A DNA stretch of 64,000 bases from Felis catus (taxonomy: Eukaryota): the NCBI RefSeq assembly GCF_018350175.1, contig NC_058368.1, positions 219,606,001 to 219,670,000 on the forward strand, written 5' to 3'. Each line of letters begins with the position of its first letter. The stretch's first letter is position 1. The notes below the pieces were generated by a model that was given only the letters and a program-made list of their open reading frames with translations, searched no databases and was not told the DNA's origin. The position numbers were made by a program, and so were the translations under genes. Positions 54,491-64,000 of the stretch are shown piece by piece.

Positions 54491-57400
54491 ATGACTCCAA
54501 ACCCGTATCTTTCTATAATAACACTGAATGTAAATGGATTAAATGCGCCAACCAAAAGACATAGGGTATCAGAATGGATAAAAAAACAAGACCCATCTAT
54601 TTGCTGTCTACAAGAGACTCATGTTAGACCTGAGGACACCTTCAGATTGAGAGTGAGGGGATGGAGAACTATTTATCATGCGACTGGAAGCCAAAAGAAA
54701 GCTGGAGTAGCCATACTTAGACAAACTAGACTTTAAATTAAAGGCTGTAACAAGAGATGTAGCAGGACATTATATAATAGTTACAGGGTCTATCCATCAG
54801 GAAGAGCTAACAATTATAAATGTCTATGCGCCGAATACCAGAGCCCCCAAATATATAAAACAATTACTCATAAACATAAGCAACCTTATTGATAAGAATG
54901 TGGTAATTGCAGGGAACTTTAACACCCCACTTACAGAAATGGATAGATCATCTAGACACACAGTCAATAAAGAAACAAGGGCCCTGAATGAGACATTGGA
55001 TCAGATGGACTTGACAGATATATTTAGAACTCTACATCCCAAAGCAACAGAATATACTTTCTTCTCGAGTGCACATGGAACATTCTCCAAGATAGATCAT
55101 ATACTGGGTCACAAAACAGCCCTTCATAAGTTTACAAGAATTGAAATTATACCATGCATACTTTCAGACCACAATGCTATGAAGCTTGAAATCAATCACA
55201 GAAAAAAGTCTGGAAAACCTCCAAAAGCATGGAGGTTAAAGAACACCCTACTAACGAATGAGTGGGTCAACCAGGCAATTAGAGAAGAAATTAAAAAATA
55301 TATGGAAACAAACAAAAATGAAAATACAACAATCCAAACGCTTTGGGACGCAGCGAAGGCAGTCCTGAGAGGAAAATACATTGCAATCCAGGCCTATCTC
55401 AAGAAACAAGAAAAATCCCAAATACAAAATCTAACAGCACACCTAAAGGAACTAGAAGCAGAACAGCAAAGGCAGCCTAAACCCAGCAGAAGAAGAGAAA
55501 TAATAAAGATCAGAGCAGAAATAAACAATATAGAATCTAAAAAAACTGTAGAGCAGATCAACGAAACCAAGAGTTGGTTTTTTGAAAAAATAAACAAAAT
55601 TGACAAACCTCTAGCCAGGCTTCTCAAAAAGAAAAGGGAGATGACCCAAACAGATAAAATCATGAATGAAAATGGAATTATTACAACCAATCCCTCAGAG
55701 ATACAAACAATTATCAGGGAATACTATGAAAAATTATATGCCAACAAACTGGAAAACCTGGAAGAAATGGACAAATTCCTGAACACCCACACTCTTCCAA
55801 AACTCAATCAGGAGGAAATAGAAAGCTTGAACAGACCCATAACCAGCGAAGAAATTGAATCGGTTATCAAAAATCTCCCAACAAATAAGAGTCCAGGACC
55901 AGATGGCTTCCCAGGGGAGTTCTACCAGACGTTTAAAGCAGAGATAATACCTATCCTTCTCAAGCTATTCCAAGAAATAGAAAGGGAAGGAAAACTTCCA
56001 GACTCATTCTATGAAGCCAGTATTACTTTGATTCCTAAACCAGACAGAGACCCAGTAAAAAAAGAGAACTACAGGCCAATATCCCTGATGAATATGGATG
56101 CAAAAATTCTCAATAAGATACTAGCAAATCGAATTCAACGGCATATAAAAAGAATTCTTCACCATGATCAAATGGGATTCATTCCTGGGATGCATGGCTG
56201 GTTCAACATTCCAAATCAATCAAGGTGATACATCACATTAACAAAAAAAAAGAGAAGAACCATATGATCCTGTCAATCGATGCAGAAAAGGCCTTTGACA
56301 AAATCCAGCACCCTTTCTTAATAAAAACCCTTGAGAAAGTCGGGATAGAAGGAACATACTTAAACATCATAAAAGCCATTTATGAAAAGCCCACAGCTAA
56401 CATCATCCTCAACGGGGGAAAACTGAGAGCTTTTTCCCTGAGATCAGGAACACGACAAGGATGCCCACTCTCACCGCTGCTGTTTAACATAGTGCTGGAA
56501 GTTCTAGCATCAGCAATCAGACAACAAAAGGAAATCAAAGGCATCAAAATTGGCAAAGATGAAGTCAAGCTTTCGCTTTTTGCAGATGACATGATATTAT
56601 ACATGGAAAATCCGATAGACTCCACCAAAAGTCTGCTAGAACTGATACAGGAATTCAGCAAAGTTGCAGGATACAAAATCAATGTACAGAAATCAGTTGC
56701 ATTCTTATACACTAACAATGAAGCAACAGAAAGACAAATAAAGAAACTGATCCCATTCACAATTGCACCAAGAAGCATAAAATACCTAGGAATAAATCTA
56801 ACCAAAGATGTAAAGGATCTGTATGCTGAAAACTATAGAAAGCTTATGAAGGAAATGAAGAAGATTTAAAGAAATGGAAAGACATTCCCTGCTCATGGAT
56901 TGGAAAAATAAATATTGTCAAAATGTCAATAGTACCCAAAGCTATCTACACATTCAATGCAATCCCAATCAAAATTTCACCAGCATTCTTCTCGAAACTA
57001 GAACAAGCAATCCTAAAATTCCTATGGAACCACAAAAGGCCCCGAATAGCCAAAGGAATTTTGAAGAAGAAGACCAAAGCAGGAGGCATCACAATCCCAG
57101 ACTTTGGCCTCTACTACAAAGCTGTCATCATCAAGACAGCATGGTATTGGCACAAAAACAGACACATAGACCAATGGAATAGCATAGAAACCCCAGAACT
57201 AGACCCACAAACGTATGGCCAACTCATCTTTGACAAAGCAGGAAAGAACATCCAATGGAAAAAAGACAGCCTCTTTAACAAATGGTGCTGGGAGAACTGG
57301 ACAGCAACATGCAGAAGGTTGAAACTAGACCACTTTCTCACACCACTCACAAAAATAAACTCAAAATGGATAAAGGACCTAAATGTGAGACAGGAAACCA

Positions 57401-58300
57401 TCAAAACCTTAGAGGAGAAAGCAGGAAAAGACCTCTCTGACCTCAGCCGTAGCAATCTCTTACTCGACACATCCCCAAAGGCAAGGGAATTAAAAGCAAA
57501 AGTGAATTACTGCGACCTTATGAAGATAAAAAGCTTCTGCACAGCAAAGGAAACAACCAACAAAACTAAAAGGCAACCAACGGAATGGGAAAAGATATTC
57601 GCAAATGACATATCGGACAAAGGGCTAGTATCCAAAATCTATAAAGAGCTCACCAAACTCCACACCCGAAAAACAAATAACCCAGTGAAGAAATGGGCAG
57701 AAAACATGAATAGACACTTCTCTAAAGAAGATATCCGGATGGCCAACAGGCACATGAAAGGATGTTCAGCGTCGCTCCTTATCAGGGAAATGCAAATCAA
57801 AACCACACTCAGGTATCACCTCATGCCAGTCAGAGTGGCCAAAATGAACAAATCAGGAGACTATAGATGCTGGCGAGGATGTGGAGAAACGGGAACCCTC
57901 TTGCACTGTTGGTGGGAATGCAAATTGGTGCAGCAGCTCTGGAAAGCAGTGTGGAGGTTCCTCAGAAAATTAAAAATAGACCTACCCTATGACCCAGCAA
58001 TAGCACTGCTAGGAATTTGCCCAAGGGATACAGGAGTACTGATGCATAGGGGCACTCTACCCCAATGTTCATAGCAGCACTCTCAACAATAGCCAAATTA
58101 TGGAAAGAGCCTAAATGTCCATCAACTGATGAATGGATAAATTGTGGTTTATATACACAATGGAATATTACGTGGCAATGAGAAAAAATGAAATATGGCC
58201 TTTTGTAGCAACGTGGATGGAACTGGAGAGTGTGATGCTAAGTGAAATAAGCCATACAGAGAAAGACAGATACCATATGGTTTCACTCTTATGTGGATCC
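54491..58300 (+). pseudogene. L1 ORF2p (endonuclease/reverse transcriptase), frameshifted
   Basis: EN (TLNVNGLN, CLQETH, SDH), RT ([19 protein letters not shown]) and CCHC ([18 protein letters not shown]) are split over consecutive ORFs 54437, 54900, 56225 and 56923. End coordinate approximate. Confidence 0.93.
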
Positions 58301-58544
58301 TGAGAAACTTAACAGAAACCCATGGGGAAGGAAAAATAAAAGAGGTTAGAGTGGGAGAGAGCCAAAGCATAAGAGACTGTTAAAAACTGAGAACAAACTG
58401 AGGGTTGATGGAGGGTGGGAGGGAGGAGAGAGTGGGTGATGGGTATTGAGGAGGGCACCTTTTGGGATGAGCACTGGGTGTTGTATGGAAACCAATTTCT
58501 CAATAAATTTCATATATAAAAAAAAAAAAAAGAAAGAAACAGGA

Positions 58545-58913
58545 TGCCTGCACTAAATTGCATCCCCCAACCAAATTCATATGCTAAAGTCCTAGCCTCC
58601 CTCCCCTCAAACACACAATATGATGGTATTTGGAGATGGGGCCTTTGGGAGGTAATCAGGTTTAGACAGTCAAGAGTCCTCACGATGGGATTAGTGTCCT
58701 TAAAGAAGAGACCAGAGGGCTTGCTCTCTCAAGCTCTCAGCCATGTGAGGACAAAGGTGGTCATCTGCAGGGCAAGAAGAGGCTGTCACCAGAGCCGAGA
58801 AGACTGGTACCTTCATCTTGGACCTCTGGTTACTAGAACTGTGAGAAATAAATGTCTGTTGCTTAAGCCACTCAGTCTACAGTATTTTGTTATAGCAGCC
58901 CAAACTGAAACAC
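58545..58913 (+). mobile_element. MLT1A-like MaLR solo LTR immediately 3' of the young L1
   Basis: AAATTCATATGCTAAAGTCCTA..GGTATTTGGAGATGGGGCCTTTGGGAGGTAAT..AGAACTGTGAGAAATAAATGTCTGTTG..TTTTGTTATAGCAGCCCAAACTGAAACA. Confidence 0.85.
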
Positions 58914-59059
58914 AGGAAATTCACTGAAATGGTCCTGGACTGGATCTAGGATTCAGAATCTTTAGAGTAGTATGTCTGACCAGAGATCATAACAGCAGAG
59001 ATCTAATCACTGGTCTCTTTTCCTTAAGGTTATTGTAAGTAGCAGCGTCCCTCTCTCTC

Positions 59060-59332
59060 TCTTTTTTTTTTTTTTTCAAGTTTTTACTTAAGTTCTAGTT
59101 AGTTAACACTATGGTAAAATGACTATAGATGTACAATTCAGTGATCCATCACTTACATAAACATCCAGTGCTCATTACAAGTGCCCTTCTTGATGCGCCA
59201 TCACCCATCTAGCCCATCCCCACCACCTCCCTACAGCAAAAAAAAAAAAATAAAAAAAAAAAAAAAAAAAAAAGGAAGCAAACCATATGAGACTCTTAAC
59301 TATAGAGAACAAACTGAGGGTTCATGGAAGAA
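59060..59332 (-). mobile_element. Very short carnivore L1 3'-UTR insertion with 5' inversion
   Basis: Poly(T), then the antisense L1 3' terminus to ~59237, then an A tract and sense L1 3'UTR (GAGACTCTTAACTATAGAGAACAAACTGAGGGTT). Confidence 0.75.
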
Positions 59333-60260
59333 GTGTCACTTTTAATTGGCTTATTCAACTACAGTTCTTCCTCATCACAAACAAGATTCTTTGTATGAAC
59401 TTAAATAGTTGGCTAAGTAAAGCAAAATAGGAACAAAAGTAGAATGTTTAAAATGGATGTTTGGCTACAGAATAAGAGTCTACATTTTTGTCTTTATTTC
59501 ATTCAGCAGTTTGTGGAATATATCATCATGAGATGATGGAAAAGCTTATGTAAAGATTTATTCATTGTGGTAATATTTTTTTAGAGAGAATGTTATAAAT
59601 AACAATGGTGTTATGAGAAAACAAAATTATTTACTAATTTTATAAAAGACTTTTCAAGTGCTGTAGTATACCACTACTAAATCATATTATGGGAAAACTG
59701 CATGAAAAGCAACACATAAATGTATACATGTACATACATACATGAGCATACACATGTATTATAAATTAAGGACAACCATAAAATACCAAACTTCTATCTA
59801 TAGATATTTCTGGGGAGGATAATTTGTGTGACTTTTTAAAAAATTCCTTCTGGTTTCAAAAGCTTGACAATAAGCATCTGGTACTTCATAATAAAAAAAA
59901 GTTATTCTTATAAATAAAGTTATGTGGGCAGAGGCATTCCATGAGCATGTTGTATATCAAAAGGAAAGCCAGTCTCATTTGATGTTCATGGTAAAGAATT
60001 CTGGTAATACCTAAATATTGGAATACTATACATTGCTTATAGTTATATCCAATTGGTACACGTGTAATTCAATGTTGGCAGTATCCTACTTAACAAATGC
60101 TACTATAGAAAAACTTAGGTTATTTCTATTACTATTAAAAAAAACTGATCAGAATTTAAGAATTGCCTAATTTTTCTTTCACCGATAGTCTCAGTTTAGT
60201 GATTGCAAAATAAGACATGAATAGATATATTTAAGCAAAATTTAAAATAATGCTAAGCTT

Positions 60261-60521
60261 GGGGCGCCTGGGTGGCTCAGTTGGTTGAATATCTGACTCT
60301 TGATTTCAGCTCAGGTCATGATCTCAGGGGTGTGGGATGGAGCCCTGCGTTGGGCTCCAGTACTGAGTATGGAGCCTGCTCAGGATTCTGTCTGTCTCTC
60401 CCTCTTCCCTTTCCCTCACTCACACACTCTCTCTCCCTCCCTCTCTCTCTCTCTTTCTCTCTCTCTCAAAAAATACAATACAATACAATACAATACAATA
60501 CAATACAATACAATACAATAC
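60261..60521 (+). mobile_element. Can-SINE with an (AATAC)n microsatellite tail
   Basis: GGGGCGCCTGGGTGGCTCAG head, about 10 AATAC units; TSD AATAATGCTAAGCT. Confidence 0.93.
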
Positions 60522-60899
60522 AATAATGCTAAGCTCTTAATTGCATTATAGAGACCCAAATGTGCACATTATGTTAACGGTGGTAAATATTAAGATAAGA
60601 GGATTATGTAGTGATTGAGATTGGAGAGGGAATGAGGGCAAAGTGATTTCTCCAACCTTCAAGACTCAGCCTAGACTTCCTTCCCTAATCTTCTGAAAAC
60701 AGGTACATACTCCTATAGAACCCCTAGCACATTTTATTGCATATGATTATTTTATTATTACACTAATTAATTATTATTCCACTATAGTGTAAATTGTAAA
60801 AAGAAAAGGATCTTGTCTCTATTGTCTAGATTGTATGCTCAATATGTGGCACATTGTCTGACAAATTAGAAGTAATGAATCAATATTTTGAAGTTAATT

Positions 60900-61111
60900 T
60901 TTTTAATGTTTATTTATTTTTTGAAGAGAAAGAGAAAGCATGAGCAAGGGGGGCTGCAGAGAGAAAGGGAGACAGAGAATCCCAAGGAGGCTCCAAGCTG
61001 TCAGTGCAGAGCCCAATGTGGGGTTCAAACCCACGAACTGAACCATGAGATCATAACCTGAGCTGAAATCAAATGGCAGATGCTTAACTGATTGAGCCAC
61101 CCACATATTCC
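60900..61111 (-). mobile_element. Can-SINE (older)
   Basis: Reverse SINE; TSD TGAAGTTAATT. Confidence 0.9.
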
Positions 61112-61651
61112 TGAAGTTAATTATTGAGGAAGAATAAGCAGCTGAGCAAAAATTGAGAAGGGGAAGAATAGGAATATTAAAAGAAAAAAAACAAGATTAT
61201 TGACATTACTTTTAAATCGAATTACTGACTAATGAGTTGGGCTGTTTTATTTTTCTACTTTGTCTTTGATTTATCTAAAGCAGTATCTTTGTTTTGTGTA
61301 GATGAAGATATTTGAGATATCTTTAAAAAAAGTTTTGGGGGATTGTTACTAAAATCTCTCAAAATCATGTTGAATGAGAAGAAAGTACAAGATCTAATAT
61401 CTTGTAAATTCATTATTTAGCAATACAGAAGTGAATTCACCCACAATTATATTAATACTTATTTTCAGAAGTTGGAACACAAAATACTTTTGTATTCAAC
61501 TCTCCTGATGAGAGCCAAGAGAACAAAGATCAAGACAACATAAGGATCAATTAACTACTGATAGAAAAAAACAAAACCCCACACACTTATACTAACAAGA
61601 GTGGTAAATGGGACTTACTGAATATGATAGAGAATTATTTAAAGGGTAAAA

Positions 61652-64000
61652 AATAGGATTATTCATTTTGGGGGCTGTTGAGTATTATACGTACTTTGTA
61701 TAGTTTGGATATTAACCCTTTATCAAATAAGTTATGTGCAAATATCTTCTCCCATTGCATAGATTATCTTTTAGTTTTATTGTTTCCTTCGTTATGCAGA
61801 AATTTTTATTTTGATGAAGTCTCAACAGTTTATGTTTGCTTTTGCTCTCCCTTACCACAGGAGACATATCTAGAAAGAAGTTTCTATGGTTGATGTCAAA
61901 GAGATTAATGCCTACGCTGTCCTCTAAAATTTTTTATGCTTTTGGGTCTCAATTTAGGTCTTTCATTCATTTTGAATTTATTTTTGTGTATGGTTTAAGA
62001 AAGTGGTGCAGTTTCTCTTGCATGTTGCCATCCAGCTTTCCCAACTTCATTTGTTGAAGAGACTGTCTTTTCCCATTGGATATTATTTTCAACTTTGTCA
62101 AAGATTAATTGACCATATAGTTGTGGGTTTATTTCATGATTTTCTATTCTGTTCTATTGATCTATGTGTCTATTTTTGTGCTAGTATCCTACTGTTTTGA
62201 TTGCTACAGCTTTGTAATATAAATTGAAGCCCAGAATTGTAATACCTCCAGCTTGCTTTTCTTTTTTAAGGTTGCTTTGTCTATTTCAGGTCTTTTGTGG
62301 TTCCATAGAAATTTTACGATTATGTGTTAAAGCTCTGCTAAAACTGCTGGTGTTATTTTGGTAGGAACTGCATTAAATGTGTAAATTGTTTTGAGTAGTA
62401 TAGACATTTTACCAATATTTGTTCTTCCAATCCATTAACATGGAATGTTTTTCCATTTCTTTGTGTCCTCTTCCATTTCTTTCATCAGTGTTTTACAGTT
62501 GTCAGAGTATATGTCTTTTACATCTTTGGTTAGGTTTATTCCTAGGTATCTTATTGCTTTTGGTGCTATTGTGAATGGGATTGGTTCCTTAATTTCTCTT
62601 TCTGTTGCTTCATTATTGGTGTATAGAAATTCAACAGATGTTTATACATTGATTTTGTAACCTCCAACTTCACTGAATTTGTTTATCAGGTCTAGCAGTG
62701 TTTTGGTAGAGTCTTTTGGGTTTCCTATATAGAGGATCATGCCAATGAAAATACTGCAAATTTTACTTCTTTATGGATTTGGATGCCTTTTATTTCTTTT
62801 TGTTGTCTGATCTCTGTGGCTAGGATTTCCAGTACTATGTTAAATAACAGTGGTGGGAGTGGACTTCCCTGTCTTGCTTCTGATCATAGAAGAAAAGCTC
62901 TCAGTTTTTCCCCATTGAGGATGATATTATCTGTTGAGTTTTCGACATGACCTTTAGCAGTATGTTCCCTCTGGACCTTTGTTGAAGATTTTTATCATGA
63001 TAGATATTGCATTTTGTCAAATGCTTTTTCTGCATCTATTGAAATGATGACATGGTTCTTATCCTTTTTTTTTTATTATTAATGTGGCATATCAGCTTGA
63101 TTGATTTGTGAATATTGAACCACTCTTACACCCAGGAGTAAATTCCATTTGATTGTCGTGAATTATTCTTTTAATGCTTTGTTGGATTCAGTTTGCTAGC
63201 ATTTTATTGAGAATTTTTGCATCCATGTTCATCAGGGATACTGGCCTGTAGTTCTCTTTATCCGGTTTTGGTATTAGGGCAATTCTAGCCCCATAGAATG
63301 AATGTGAAAGTTTTCCTTTCTTTCATATTTTTTTGGAATAGTTTGAGAAGAATAGGTATTAACTATTCTTTAAATGTTATGCAGAATTTGCCTGTGAAGT
63401 CATCTGGCCCCAGGCTTTCGTTTATTGGGATATTTTTATTTATTTTTTTATTTTTTTCAACGTTTTTTATTTATTTTTGGGACAGAGAGAGACAGAGCAT
63501 GAGCGGGGGAGGGGCAGAGAGAGAGGGAGACACAGAATCCGAAACAGGCTCCAGGTTCCGAGCCATCAGCCCAGAGCCTGACGCCGGGCTCGAACTCACG
63601 GACCGCGAGATCGTGACCTGGCTGAAGTCGGACGCTTAACCGACTGCGCCACCCAGGCACCCCAGTTGGGATATTTTTAAATACTGTTTCAATTTCTTTG
63701 CTGATTATTGGTCTGCTTAAGTTTTCTATTTCTTCCTGTTTCAGTTTTGGGAGTTTATATGTTTCTAGAAATTGATTCAAATTTTCCAGGTTGTCCAATT
63801 TGTTGGCATATGGTTTTTCATAATATTCTCTTATGATTGTTTGCATTTCTGTGGTGTTGGTTGTTAATTCGGCTCTCTTATTTGTGATTTTATTTATTTG
63901 AGTCCTTTCTGCTTTCTTTTTCATAAGTCTGGCTAGAGGTTTATCAATTAAAAAATGAGCAGAGGACATGAATAGATATTTTTCCAAAGAAGAAGACATA
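61652..64000 (+). mobile_element. 5'-inverted L1; the sense part continues beyond the window
   Basis: Antisense ORF2 over 61652-63949, then sense ORF2 (CAATTAAAAAATGAGCAGAGGACATGAATAGA) from ~63945. Confidence 0.85.
63439..63663 (-). mobile_element. Young SINEC_Fc-type SINE inserted in the L1
   Basis: Near-consensus reverse copy; TSD TTGGGATATTTTTA. Confidence 0.94.

Larger units (their letters stand above)
52612..58533 (+). mobile_element. Young full-length feline LINE-1 with disabled ORFs
   Basis: Perfect 14-bp TSD AAGAAACAGGATGC (52598-52611 and 58534-58547), YY1 site AAGATGGCGG at ~52630, CpG-rich 5' UTR, ORF1, ORF2, G-rich 3' UTR, AATAAA and poly(A). Confidence 0.98.

Noticed and set aside
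63457..63999. 180-aa minus-strand ORF
   Set aside because: A chimera of an L1 inversion junction, an L1 ORF2 fragment and a SINE.

Overview
Mammalian genomic DNA, almost certainly a felid: the young tRNA-derived Can-SINEs match the feline SINEC_Fc type and the young L1 is feline-like. The only functional coding sequence is the last four coding exons of the type II cadherin CDH10 on the + strand (7455-7576, 13699-13807, 19175-19426, 22382-22872), followed by its 3' UTR. The rest is intronic or intergenic and repeat-rich. It holds an old near-full-length antisense L1, a young full-length L1 with TSDs but disabled ORFs, three twin-primed (5'-inverted) L1 insertions, 15 Can-SINEs, a decayed ERVL-class internal region, MaLR/MLT2 LTRs, L2/MIR/L1M relics and an HNRNPA1 processed pseudogene. 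I see no evidence of a new multi-gene system. The most interesting signals are a CpG-island-like, GC-shifted terminal CDH10 exon, a GC-rich insert with two convergent CTCF-like motifs, an AAG acceptor with in-frame tandem AGs in the transmembrane segment, and several mechanistic footprints of retrotransposition. Repeat family names and human comparisons come from recalled sequences, not from a search.
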